Of a DNA stretch of 64,000 bases, positions 52,508 to 63,232 are shown piece by piece (position 1 is the first letter of the stretch; each line of letters begins with the position of its first letter). Source of the stretch: Naegleria gruberi (taxonomy: Eukaryota). A program made the position numbers and the translations under genes. The notes below the pieces were generated by a model. It did no database searches, was not told the origin of the DNA, and saw only the letters and a list, made by a program, of their open reading frames with translations. The DNA is taken from NCBI GenBank assembly GCA_000004985.1, contig GG738895.1; one strand, 5' to 3'.

Positions 52508-55084
52508 ATGCCAACTAAAATTCAACCATTCAATTTGCAACCAACAAGTTCAGAAACCAAGATTCGTTCCACAGCACAACTCTCCACACAAACATCGTGC
52601 TTTGAATTTACAAAGGAAGGAGGAGGAATTGCATCTTCTGATTATGATCCAGATCATGATTTGGAAGAACCACTCAATGGAGTGGAAATGACACAAACTA
52701 CATGTGCTCAATGTATTTCTATTCGGTTATTTATTATCATTCTGATGACTTCCTTGTTATTGGTGTGCTCTATTTTAATTTGGCTCACTGGATTTGTCAT
52801 GTCCCAGCAAGCTCTTAATTCCATGTCGAGTGAATTAATGGCCACCTATGGACAATCTATCATTCGCTTCATGGATGGTCAAGTAAGACCTTACATTGCA
52901 GCCACACACTCAGTAGCCGACGATTACAACATTGGACTTGTTGGAAGAGCTCCACCATTGTCCTATCTCTACAAAAAGTACTCGACCTTCAAACCATACG
53001 GTATTGGTTTGGTATTTGATGATGAGTTGAATACTTTCAATACTTTTGGTGTTCCACCGAATGAAGTAGCAGCTTACTACCAAACTCCAAAGGGACAACC
53101 AATTTTGAATACATGGAGTGTGAATACTACCAGCCCCAATGTCACAATCAATGGATTGTACAAGATTACCAGCAATTATCTCACCACAAAGCAAAGTTAT
53201 TGGATTACCGCCTTTGGTTTATTTGAAAAACATCCAGAAATGGAGGGCGTCTTTGGCTCTTCAATTTATTACGTGCCAGGGGGTGGTTACACCATGTATT
53301 ATTGTGCAAAATTGTATGATCCTTCTATTTATTTCAATACTGGTAATAAGGTGGTTGTTGGTGTGGCCAAGACCAATTTGGCTGTAAATATCATTCAGAG
53401 ATTCCTCTCAAAAGTAACCTTATTCGGTACAGGTTACTTACTTGTTGCAGAGGATAATGATTTAGTCATTGGAGGTAATATCAATACCACTGCTTTGGAT
53501 AAGGTCTCCCGTGTATCCATGTTTGATTTGGAAGATCGTGATTCTGGCAAGTTGATGCAAAAGATTTCGATCACATACGGAGATTTGAACATGGCCCCAG
53601 CTCACTTTGAAATGAACAGTGTGGGAGTTGATTATTTCATATCGAGATTTGAATTTCAATTATTGAACTTGCAATGGCATGTGTTCATGGTTCTGAAAAG
53701 GGATGAAGTTCAAGAAGCACTCAATATAAGTTCTGGTGTTTCGGTAGCTGTCACATTTATCATTATAATATTTGGTGTGGCAATCAGTTTTGCTATTGGT
53801 GTCATTATCACAAGACCATTCAAAGTTCTGGAACGTGAATTTGGAAAAATCAAAACAATGGACCTTGAACATGTAATGATTTCACAAAGCAAACTCAAGG
53901 AAGTAGACATTATATATGGATATCTCTTTGAAATGACAGCATGGCTCAATGAAATTAAGAGTTTCATCCCAGAGAGCGTCTTTCTCCAGCTAAAGAATGC
54001 CAAGCATGAGGAAACCAAACGAGTTCAACTTTTTGAAAAGAAGCAAATCAGTGTAACTGAGCTGCAATCCAAGAATAGTAGAAATTTCTCTGCTATTGGT
54101 TCACACTTTTCTGGTTTCTCTAGAAATTGTCCAGATCCAGGTGCATCCAACTTGTTCAAGATGGGTCTCAATGTGAAAAAGACTGCAGTGATTAGAATTA
54201 CACTTCCTGGGTTTTCCAAATCCTATTCGGCAGCTATCATTTCACACGTCTTTTCAAAGATTGTTTCTGGTCTATCTACCATTTCTAAGGCTATCCAAGC
54301 CGATTTTTCAATTAGCTCTGTTGAGGAATTCCAAATCATTGTGAGTGCTGATGAATCACCAAACAAAAAGACTATTAACATTCAAAGTTTGGATGCCGCA
54401 TTGAAATTCTCTAAATTGATTCAAACCATCAATGATACTTCCCAACTCAATATCAAGTGCTGTATTGGTGTGAGTGTTGGTAAGGCCAATGTTGGTAATT
54501 TGGGTTGTGCCAGTTTTAGATCATTTAGTGTGGTTGGTGGTATTTTAGAAAATGCCAAGCGCCTCAGTAAGCTGGCTAACTTGCTTAATTGTAAGATTTT
54601 GACAGACCCTGGATGTTTGGACTCTCAAACAAGACAATACTTTGTTTCCAGACCAGTCGAAAGATTACTTATGGAACCACCAATTTATGAAAACTGTCAA
54701 GCAACAGTTTCTGGATGCATTTCAACAGTATTCGAAGTTGAAAAGGAAAGATCAGTAGAAAGTGATGAATGGATGTATGAATTGCAACAACACAAGGCCA
54801 ACGAAAAGTTCTCTGATTTTTGCAAGTACTTTGTCTTTGATCAGGATTATTCACAATTAGGAAATTCATTACTGGTCGAAACTTTAAAGCAAACTGAACA
54901 ACAACTCAAAGATGAAGTGGAAATCCAATTGTCAGGTGATGTGATTGCTCTTCGGTTATTGAGAAGTATTCAAACATTTATTGGAAGATCTCACGATTTA
55001 GAAAAGCACCACGTGAAACTTTCAGATGCCTTGTTGAATTATTATACTAAACTTGATACTTCCATGTTAGAAGTATTTCCATAA
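52508..55084 (+). CDS. Receptor-type cyclase-homology protein (TM - ~310-aa extracytoplasmic domain - TM - juxtamembrane - degenerate class III cyclase domain); likely pseudo-cyclase
   Basis: Two TM helices (LFIIILMTSLLLVCSILIWLTGFVM; VSVAVTFIIIIFGVAISFAIGVIIT). The cyclase-like domain VIRITLPGFSK...IIVSADE...CCIGVSVGKANVGNLG...SVVGGILENAKRLS aligns to the neighbouring active-type cyclase. The first metal-binding Asp is Leu, while the Asn/Arg pair is retained. Confidence 0.65.
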   Translation: MPTKIQPFNLQPTSSETKIRSTAQLSTQTSCFEFTKEGGGIASSDYDPDHDLEEPLNGVEMTQTTCAQCISIRLFIIILMTSLLLVCSILIWLTGFVMSQQALNSMSSELMATYGQSIIRFMDGQVRPYIAATHSVADDYNIGLVGRAPPLSYLYKKYSTFKPYGIGLVFDDELNTFNTFGVPPNEVAAYYQTPKGQPILNTWSVNTTSPNVTINGLYKITSNYLTTKQSYWITAFGLFEKHPEMEGVFGSSIYYVPGGGYTMYYCAKLYDPSIYFNTGNKVVVGVAKTNLAVNIIQRFLSKVTLFGTGYLLVAEDNDLVIGGNINTTALDKVSRVSMFDLEDRDSGKLMQKISITYGDLNMAPAHFEMNSVGVDYFISRFEFQLLNLQWHVFMVLKRDEVQEALNISSGVSVAVTFIIIIFGVAISFAIGVIITRPFKVLEREFGKIKTMDLEHVMISQSKLKEVDIIYGYLFEMTAWLNEIKSFIPESVFLQLKNAKHEETKRVQLFEKKQISVTELQSKNSRNFSAIGSHFSGFSRNCPDPGASNLFKMGLNVKKTAVIRITLPGFSKSYSAAIISHVFSKIVSGLSTISKAIQADFSISSVEEFQIIVSADESPNKKTINIQSLDAALKFSKLIQTINDTSQLNIKCCIGVSVGKANVGNLGCASFRSFSVVGGILENAKRLSKLANLLNCKILTDPGCLDSQTRQYFVSRPVERLLMEPPIYENCQATVSGCISTVFEVEKERSVESDEWMYELQQHKANEKFSDFCKYFVFDQDYSQLGNSLLVETLKQTEQQLKDEVEIQLSGDVIALRLLRSIQTFIGRSHDLEKHHVKLSDALLNYYTKLDTSMLEVFP

Positions 55085-55237
55085 AATTGATTGATTTTAA
55101 TGAGGCAACCTTTGAACGAAAAATAACAAGAAAAATTGTGTATTTTTTGCTTGGTGTTTGTGCCACAATTTTTCTTGTTTTACCTGAGAACACACTTGCT
55201 CTATGACCGAAGAAAATTGAAAAATCAATAGAAAAAA

Positions 55238-55618
55238 ATGAATACAACCTTTCCCTTCGAAATAAATTACACATCTTGTGGCAAAGATCATGTTTTTAAA
55301 TTGGGCAAAAAGTCAAATGTTCTAATAGATCTGCAAGATTTTCCCAGCTCGATGAATTTCCAACTCAGAGTCATCAATTTCACTGGTGGCTCCTCTCTTG
55401 GTCAAGTAATTTTTGGTGAACGAGAGTTTCATGATGCTGGTTTTCACTTGGTTTTGGATTTTGAAAAGATTTACAGAGTTTGGGTAGAGAACAGTGAGGT
55501 GAAGGTCGAGTTGGTGCTTATTTCAGAGGAAGGAGAGCAAAGAGTGGTTTCTGAGTTTTTGGGAGAGTTGAATGGAAGGGGTGGGATTAGAAAGTGGTGT
55601 TGTGGAAAGTGGCTGTGA
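55238..55618 (+). CDS. Small hypothetical protein (126 aa)
   Basis: ATG-initiated ORF with coding-like, GC-richer codon usage. Ends ...RKWCCGKWL*. No recognised domain. Confidence 0.3.
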   Translation: MNTTFPFEINYTSCGKDHVFKLGKKSNVLIDLQDFPSSMNFQLRVINFTGGSSLGQVIFGEREFHDAGFHLVLDFEKIYRVWVENSEVKVELVLISEEGEQRVVSEFLGELNGRGGIRKWCCGKWL

Positions 55619-55841
55619 GTTTAGTTTTGTGAAAAAGATTGAGAAATTATTCGAAATTATTCAAAACAATCACCAATATTGAAATCGAATAGATTTAATG
55701 TAAAATACAAAATATCTTGCAAGCATTGATTTAAACATGCCTTAACAAGAAACCAAAACGAAACTTGCTAGTTTTAGAAATAAGGCGCCAAATTTTGCAT
55801 TTTCAAATTTAAAAAAAAATATAACAAAAATCTCGCCCTCG

Positions 55842-58421
55842 ATGAACAACAATTCCATCATTCAAAGTGATGATGTGGTGATGGAAAAACAACTCGATAA
55901 TAACAACAAAAATCTTCGGAATGAACAACAACAACAAGTAATAATTTCTCCTTCCGATAAAGATGATTGTGTTGTTGCTTCTTCTTCTTCTGTATCATCT
56001 GATAATAATACAACAACAATAGTTATTGGAAAATTGGAGGGAACACCTTGTGTGAATAATAGTAATAATAATAGTGGAAATATTGTGGTTGATCCGAATA
56101 GATTGTCACCTCATACATCATCACATCTCTCGATAGAATCGAGTCTTGAACAAAATATGGATGATTATATTGCGGATGATGATGGAAATGCATCGAATAA
56201 TAACAAAACGAAAAAACATCATCCAGTCGAATTTTTGACAAAACGAATGAAGAGTTTTTCAAATTCTGATGTTTTGAGCTTTTTCAAAAAACCATCACCG
56301 AGAAGTGCTTCACCAAATAATGTGCATGAAACTAATAGTTCGGAACTCTTATCTTCTCCCAGTGAAACAGAAAAGATTTCAACAACTCAACTATCAAAAC
56401 AGGAAAATACAATGTCAATTTCCTCTTCTTCTGTATCCTATCCTACTACCACCAAATTGATTCCACCAAAAGTGAAAAGAGAAAAATCAACAGGAAATAT
56501 CTACACTTCTTCATCTGATGATGAAATAACATCAACAATTCAACACCAGCTTCAGGAAAAGAAGAGAAAGAGTAGACAAATTCCACCACTACCTCTCAAC
56601 GAGACTAAGATAAAGAGAATTGCATTGAAAACCATTTACAACATGATGGTTCTTCAACCGAGTATTACAGATAGGGTTCTTCCTCTAATTTTGATAGATG
56701 TCAGATCTTCTGAGAAGGACTACATTTCAAAAGTTAGCCCAACCATTGGTCCCCAACACAATAGTCACAATAGTTTTTCTGTATCAGAAATGAGTAGCAT
56801 CCTTTCTTCCCAAATTGAAAGTGAACTTATATTCGATCAAATGAGGCCTCGATCAAGAAGTTCAGCTACTCCACCCACTCAACCAATAATTTCACCAGGT
56901 ACTCCCCTCGGTACAAAGGTGCCACTCCTCAATATTAGCTCTATCTCTCCAGACCAAAAATTTAAAGGTATTATGGGTAGCCCTAAATCAGGTTACAACA
57001 CTCCAGTGGCCAGTCCACTAATGAGTCCAAGAACTTCTTCACTCGGAATTTCTCAACATGTCCAATGGTCAATTCATTTCTATTTACCAGATCATATCAT
57101 TGATCATATACCAATTGATGATTTGAACAAGGAAAATGTAGCTAGTATAATTCACATGATTGAAACATCTAACACATGCATTGAGAAGGATTTGTACAAA
57201 GCCAGATTTGCTTGGAGGAAAATGTCAAATGTTGTTGTAATGGCTGGTAGCTCGAGAGATGAACACAGAGCCAAATGGCTCCTTAGAGTTTTACAATTGG
57301 AGGGGAAGTCCTATAATCTATACTCACTCCCACATGGTCTTAATTTCACTCATTTCGAAGCTAAATATCCCTTCTCCATTACTTCTTTCGATTTTGTTGA
57401 ATTTCAATTACCAACCCATATTTTCAAGAATATTTATTTGGCAAGTTATAGAGTTTTAACACAGGAACGAGGAATAGAAGTGCTCATAGCAAAGAGGTTG
57501 AACATTAAGAGGGTTTTGAATTGTGCAAAGGAATGTAAATGTGTAATACCCAACAAATTTCTCTCAGAGGACTCTCCAACAAAGCCAGTCCAAAATAGCT
57601 CTCAAACTCTCTCAAGATCAGAGAGCTTTTCCAAGACTGGAATTTCCACCTCTCAAACCCCAAAGATTTCCTATCTCCATCTTCTTCTTGATGATTTTGA
57701 TCCAAAGCACTGTTACTTTACCGCAGAACAAATGAAGGAAAGTGTCCTCTTCATTAATCAATCATTGAAAAACAATGAAAACATCTTGATTCACTGCCAA
57801 GAAGGTAGATCTAGATCAGTAACTATCATTTGCCTCTACATGATGATTAATATTGGATGGAAATTGTCATACTCATTGGAATTTATGAGATCTCAAAAGC
57901 CCACCATTTCTGTCCATCCAACCTTCCTTCTTGAACTTCAAGCCATTGAGGATTACATTAGTGACAAGATTGAAAAAATCAAAGGAAACAGCACTATTTC
58001 CAGTGATTCTCTCGACAACATGGAAGGAATGATAAAAGTTGATAGTATTCTCACCATAACAGACGATCCTGAACCTCCTGAAAGATACCTCCTCAAATTC
58101 ACACCACTGTACGAATATTCCTCCACCGATGATCTTTCCTCGGTCAGCACCAATGCATCCCCAAGAGTTTCACCTCGTCTCATCAGCAATAGAAAATTAA
58201 AGAAAAGCTCGGTAGACAAATTGAATGTCTCTTTAATTTTCAATAGGGCCAAAAGTGCCACACTATCCTTACCTGATTCTCCACTCCTTCTAGACCCCTC
58301 TACCTTATATCTTGATGATTCAGTATTGAGCACATTCTTGGATGAAATTGGACACAATGTCATTCGCCCATTCATTGAAAATTTATATTCATCCAATGAC
58401 CAATTACAGCAATTACGATAA
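55842..58421 (+). CDS. Dual-specificity protein phosphatase domain protein with long low-complexity N-terminus
   Basis: HCQEGRSRSVTIICLYMM matches the DSP catalytic signature HCxxGxxRS. Preceded by ~600 aa of S/N-rich sequence. Confidence 0.65.
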   Translation: MNNNSIIQSDDVVMEKQLDNNNKNLRNEQQQQVIISPSDKDDCVVASSSSVSSDNNTTTIVIGKLEGTPCVNNSNNNSGNIVVDPNRLSPHTSSHLSIESSLEQNMDDYIADDDGNASNNNKTKKHHPVEFLTKRMKSFSNSDVLSFFKKPSPRSASPNNVHETNSSELLSSPSETEKISTTQLSKQENTMSISSSSVSYPTTTKLIPPKVKREKSTGNIYTSSSDDEITSTIQHQLQEKKRKSRQIPPLPLNETKIKRIALKTIYNMMVLQPSITDRVLPLILIDVRSSEKDYISKVSPTIGPQHNSHNSFSVSEMSSILSSQIESELIFDQMRPRSRSSATPPTQPIISPGTPLGTKVPLLNISSISPDQKFKGIMGSPKSGYNTPVASPLMSPRTSSLGISQHVQWSIHFYLPDHIIDHIPIDDLNKENVASIIHMIETSNTCIEKDLYKARFAWRKMSNVVVMAGSSRDEHRAKWLLRVLQLEGKSYNLYSLPHGLNFTHFEAKYPFSITSFDFVEFQLPTHIFKNIYLASYRVLTQERGIEVLIAKRLNIKRVLNCAKECKCVIPNKFLSEDSPTKPVQNSSQTLSRSESFSKTGISTSQTPKISYLHLLLDDFDPKHCYFTAEQMKESVLFINQSLKNNENILIHCQEGRSRSVTIICLYMMINIGWKLSYSLEFMRSQKPTISVHPTFLLELQAIEDYISDKIEKIKGNSTISSDSLDNMEGMIKVDSILTITDDPEPPERYLLKFTPLYEYSSTDDLSSVSTNASPRVSPRLISNRKLKKSSVDKLNVSLIFNRAKSATLSLPDSPLLLDPSTLYLDDSVLSTFLDEIGHNVIRPFIENLYSSNDQLQQLR

Positions 58422-58607
58422 CAGTATCATGTACAAACGAATATATTGTATTAATTTAACAATTATCACTCTCTGAAATACAATATTCATACATTAGAAA
58501 ATACTCTTCTCTCTTTTCCAAACGTCATCAACTGTCTCCAATCATCACTGCACACAAATTATTATAATTTCATTACCAACAACTAACAAAATCATCATCA
58601 ATAAAAA

Positions 58608-60631
58608 ATGTTTGGAATCTTCTCAGCATCATCTTCCATCAGTAGTGCTGCTACTGCTGCTGTTGCGGGAAGAAGATCCTACTATAAACAACATCAGGAA
58701 CAAATTCATCGTCATCATCAACGTGGCAAATTCCTTCCAACAAGAACAACAACAATTTGTCTCCTCCTTCTCATAATACTTCTCCAATTACTTTCAGAGG
58801 CAAATGTTGTTCATTCCTTGACCTTTTCTAAACGTTTTTGGAATGCCAATTGTACATCGGAGACGTATCTTCGTGATTGTGGTGAAGAATTAATTTGTGA
58901 TACAAGTATTGGAAAGTGTTCCTTCTGTGCCAATACAACACAATGTTCAACAGTATTTGGATCAATGAGACAATGTAGAAGATCAATATTGGCAGATCAG
59001 TTGCAGGATTTATATCCAAGTTTGATCACCGATCCGAGAGCTCCTATCCATGGAGGTGTTTGTTATCATAAGGATTTATTTCCACAATTTTCATATTTGG
59101 ATGCTATTGCAACTGTGATTTCATTCCTCGGAAGTGTCTTGTCAACAATGGCTGGAATTGGTGGAGGTGGTTTGATTGTTCCATTGATGGAAACTGCAGG
59201 TCAATTTCCTCCTCAAATGGCTGTTGGTATTTCAAAGACAATGATTTTTGGTGCTTGTAAGTACAGTGTTTGAATGATTTGTATTCGAGTTGAGTTGTGC
59301 GAATATTTATGATGATAATGATTGTGTGTGAAATAGCCATTTCAAATTTCATTGCTCTTTCATTGAAGAGACATCCACACGCTGATAGACCACTTATTAA
59401 TTATGATGTGGCACTTTTACTTCAACCTACTTCATTGGTGGGTGTCTTGGTTGGTGTTTTATTGAATAGTATGACTCCTAATTGGCTCATTGTCTTGTTG
59501 AGTGCTATTATTTTGACAATTGTCAGTTTGACAACATTTGTCAGAGCTGGTAGAATGTGGAGGGCCGAAAGTGCAGCCAAATTAGTTGGTTCAAACAATG
59601 GTTCATCTGCAAACTATCATCAAATTACAGATAATGGAGTAAATAATGATACTATTATTTCAGATGACGAAGACGAAACATTTGACAGACCAAAAAATAC
59701 CAACAATGAAAATGTATTGGAAACTTCCCTATTAGGAGAAGATGAATTGGAACAAATGGAACAGGAAAATATTGAAAAGGAGGAAAAGAAACAAATTGCC
59801 AGAAAAGTCTTACACAATGAAAAATCCACTCCATTCACAAAGCTTTTCGTTTTGGTTTTATGTTGGGTTATTGTATTTATTTTGACAATTGTCAGAGGTG
59901 GCCATGGTGCTCCAAGTGTTTTCCACATTGATCACTGTTCTGTTTGGCATTGGGTCTTATTTGCTGCCATGTTTCCAATAATGATTGCTGTTTCATATAT
60001 GGTTGGTGTCTATCTTGTTAGAAAACACAAAGAAAGATCAGCACTCGTTAGCCATGGATACAGATTCGTAGCTGGAGATCCTCACTGGAGTGTTGGAACT
60101 GTAATTCTCTATCCAGTTTTTTCTGCTCTTTCAGGAGTAATTGCTGGTATGCTTGGTGTTGGAGGTGGAATGATTAAATCACCAATGCTTCTCTATCTAG
60201 GATTGGATCCACTTGTTGCAGCAGCTACTGCTTCATTCATGATGTTGTTCACATCCTCAATTTCATCCATTCAGTTCGTTATTTTGGGAACTGTTCCATT
60301 TGATTATGGTCGTAAGTATTATTGTGTGCATAATTAATATTTATTCATTTATTATCATAATAATTTATTGCTACTTTAGTATGGTATTTCGTTTTTGGAT
60401 TATTGTAAGTAGAAATTGTAATGTTTTGTAATATTAATTGATTTTAGTGCTGGTATGGTTGGTCAGATATTGATGCATTTCGTATTCCAGAAAGGAAGAA
60501 AATCAGTGCTTGTCTTTATTGTGGCCTTTATCATTATTGTTTCAACATTATGCATGACTGGTTTTGGTATTTACAATGCTGTCATTATGTTGCAAAACAA
60601 TATGTATATGGGTTTCCACTCAATTTGTTAG
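58608..60631 (+). CDS. TSUP (TauE/SafE, DUF81) family membrane transporter, 4 exons including a 25-nt micro-exon
   Basis: Two TSUP Gly-rich signatures (MAGIGGGGLIVPLM; GMLGVGGGMIKSPML). Exons 58608..59256, 59337..60311, 60380..60404 and 60448..60631. Introns of 80, 68 and 43 nt (GTAAGT..AATAG, GTAAGT..TTTAG, GTAAGT..TTTAG) keep the frame and hydrophobic continuity (...PFDYG-LWYFVFGLL-FAGMVGQILM...). Confidence 0.7.
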
Positions 60632-60696
60632 ATAAATCTGTTTTTCTTGTTCATATTTTCTTAATTGAAAAATTATTAAATTTATAAAAGTTGAAA

Positions 60697-62636
60697 TTAA
60701 ATGTTAAAGGCATAATTGAGCTTGGCCCTTTCTAAGCAGGAATTATAGAGCAAAGATGATTCCTTTGCGTTCGAAACCAACTTACTAACCATTGGAATTG
60801 GAGAGGAAATATTGACAGGAGTTTCAGGAATAAATGGTGATTGGACAGTGTTTGTTGTTGTGTTGTTGGAAGAATCAATATCCTCCAATAAGGCATTTGG
60901 TATTATGTGTGATTGAACATCAAATTTCCATTTAGCAATTGTCTGTAAATTTTGATTCAATTGACCGAACCGTTTGTTAATTCTTTTGTATCTTTTCGAG
61001 AATTCATTCATCATTTTCAAACTATGAACAATTCCATTGAAATACTTTTGAAATTTCTCCAAGCAAAATATCGAACGAATGTCCATTCCATTAAGAATAT
61101 GGTGATGAAATTCTGCAAGAATATTCCCAAATCGGTTCACTCTATAGGTCATATAGATGGAGAGGTGAGGAAAGACAGCTATTGGGAATAGCAATGGGTC
61201 AAATATTTGCATGAGTTCATCAGCTCTATCAACTAGTGCATCAACCATTTCTCCCTCCAATCCAAGTGAAAAGAACACTGATGAAATACCAGATAAGAAA
61301 ACAAGTTCATGGAGTACGTGCTTCATCCTGGTATATTCCTCAGTGTACTTGTTTGGAAAGTTACGTAAGATTGAATTCATCATATCATTAACTTGCTGTA
61401 CAACTGTGATGGCAAGACCAGCATTTTGAGGATTAATTTCTTCTTCAATGCTTTTCAAATCAAAAGTATGATTTTCTCGATTGTATAAAGAAAATATGAA
61501 TACAATACTTGACATTACTCCATTACAACCTCTATCTTCCAATGTACATGCTTTCTGAGCCCTTATAAGTAAATGCTCAAAATCTTGAGCACCATCTCCC
61601 AAAATTCTATTCAAATGATTCAAATACGATTGAGCAACTTCGTCCTCGCCTTCTCCACCGTAATAATCACTCAATACTGCATAACTAATCTTTGTATAAA
61701 TATTGTAATCACTCTTTGTCAAGTATCTTCTAGATTCATGAGCTGCCAATTCGGCTCCTTTTGAATTAGCCAATCTCTGCTCACATAATGCTTGAATAGA
61801 GTACATCATTGACAGAAATCCAGTATTATCTCTCGAATCATCTTCATTCATCTCTTTCAACTTTAGTTTCATTTCCACATTGGTAATCAAAGAAAATCCA
61901 GGATCCACCACTTTATAAAAGAAATCAATAGTTCCAATTTACAATTATTTCTAATCAAATTATCATCCACTCCCACCAATTCTCTTCCTTTCAATATATT
62001 TACAATTTCATTCTTTGCATTCATATAGGGATGATACTTTCTAGATTCATTTGATTTCTTTACATTCTCATCATCACCATTAGTCAATTGAAATGTTAAC
62101 GCTTTTCTCTTTACTTTCTTATTTACTTCAGTATTTCCACCACTGCTACTACTGCTACAACTATTAGAAGAGGTGGAAACAGCGCAATCATTACTATTAT
62201 TCGATTCTGGTGAAGACTTGACAGAAGAGATTGGTCGTCCCCTCCTCTTTGGCTTCTCATAACAACAGGTTTTACCTCTCTGAGAACATTCGGAGCATGA
62301 TGGTAATGTCTTATCACAAAACAAATGCAAATGTCGACACGATTTACATGCTATGGAGTGATATTGTTGTTGGGCACTGGAAAGGCTTGTTGTATTATTA
62401 TTGATTGAGACTATTTGATTATTATTTAAAGTAGTGTTCCTCCTCGATTGTTGTTGACTTTCTGTTATTGTGGATGGAGATGAAAATTGCAAGTTAGTCA
62501 TGTTGTTATCTATTACTTGAGAAAAATTAGTTAATAATTGAATGGTTTTTTTTTGCTTTGTTTTACTTAGTGCTGGAAGAGATGGAATGTGCCAATGGCT
62601 TTGATGTGGTGAGGAAGAATTTGTGCGTGCGAGCAT
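60697..62636 (-). CDS. Zn(II)2Cys6 binuclear-cluster transcription factor, 2 exons (intron 61911..61942)
   Basis: ACKSCRHLHLFCDKTLPSCSECSQRGKTCCYEKPKRRGRP fits C-x2-C-x6-C-x6-C-x2-C-x6-C followed by a basic linker. First ATG is at 62636 (track start is TTG). A 32-nt intron GTAAAT..ATAAAG joins the two track ORFs in frame (...NLIRNN-L-VDPGFSLIT...). Confidence 0.6.
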
Positions 62637-62820
62637 GATTACTTTATTTGTATTCAAGAGGACAAATATGTGAAAATTGAAGAAATTTGTTGTTATTTGT
62701 AAAATTGGATTGCTGTGAATGCTTTATTACCAGTGTCTCTTTCAAATATTTTGTGTTTCGAACGTACATTATTGTTCCCATCTCTTGTTTTAAATTATTT
62801 GGTTTAAACCAATGCAAAAA

Positions 62821-62826
62821 CAAAAT
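62821..62826 (-). terminator. Probable RNA polymerase III oligo-T terminator downstream of tRNA-Glu
   Basis: On the minus strand the tRNA 3' end is followed by AATCATTTTG (T4 run). Confidence 0.3.
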
Positions 62827-62830
62827 GATT

Positions 62831-62902
62831 CTCCCATGCCGGGAATTGAACCCGGACCTCCTGGGTGAAAGCCAGGTATCCTAGCCATTGGACTACACGG
62901 GA
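62831..62902 (-). tRNA. tRNA-Glu (anticodon UUC)
   Basis: Reverse complement TCCCGTG-TA-GTCC-AATGGCTA-GGAT-A-CCTGG-CTTTCAC-CCAGG-AGGT-CCGGG-TTCAATT-CCCGG-CATGGGA-G folds as a canonical 72-nt cloverleaf. 7-bp acceptor stem with one G-U pair, anticodon loop CUUUCAC (UUC), T-loop TTCAATT. Confidence 0.85.
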
Positions 62903-63232
62903 ATCTTGTTCATTATGAAAATAGTTCTCTTATAATATTTACAATATTTCTGTAAACAACAAATGACAAGACGCTATCTCAAGATTTTACAAACAATAGC
63001 CAGACACATTCGAATAAGTTTCCATGTGCGATTAATGAACGCTTTCTTTTATCACCAACTTTGTCTCTCAATCCTGAATAGAATTTGTTTCGATACTTCT
63101 CCCTTCCAATGAGCATCAAATTTAACCTCTAAAAAAAATAATTACGACTTCAAAGCACCAACCGATTTTTTATTGATTTGTGTCTCTTTGAATAACAGAA
63201 TCTTTTTATACAAACAAACAACATAACAACAA

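Noticed and set aside
62829-62884. 65-aa plus-strand ORF 62687..62884 overlapping the tRNA locus
   Set aside because: Its 3' part is the antisense of tRNA-Glu. No coding signal.
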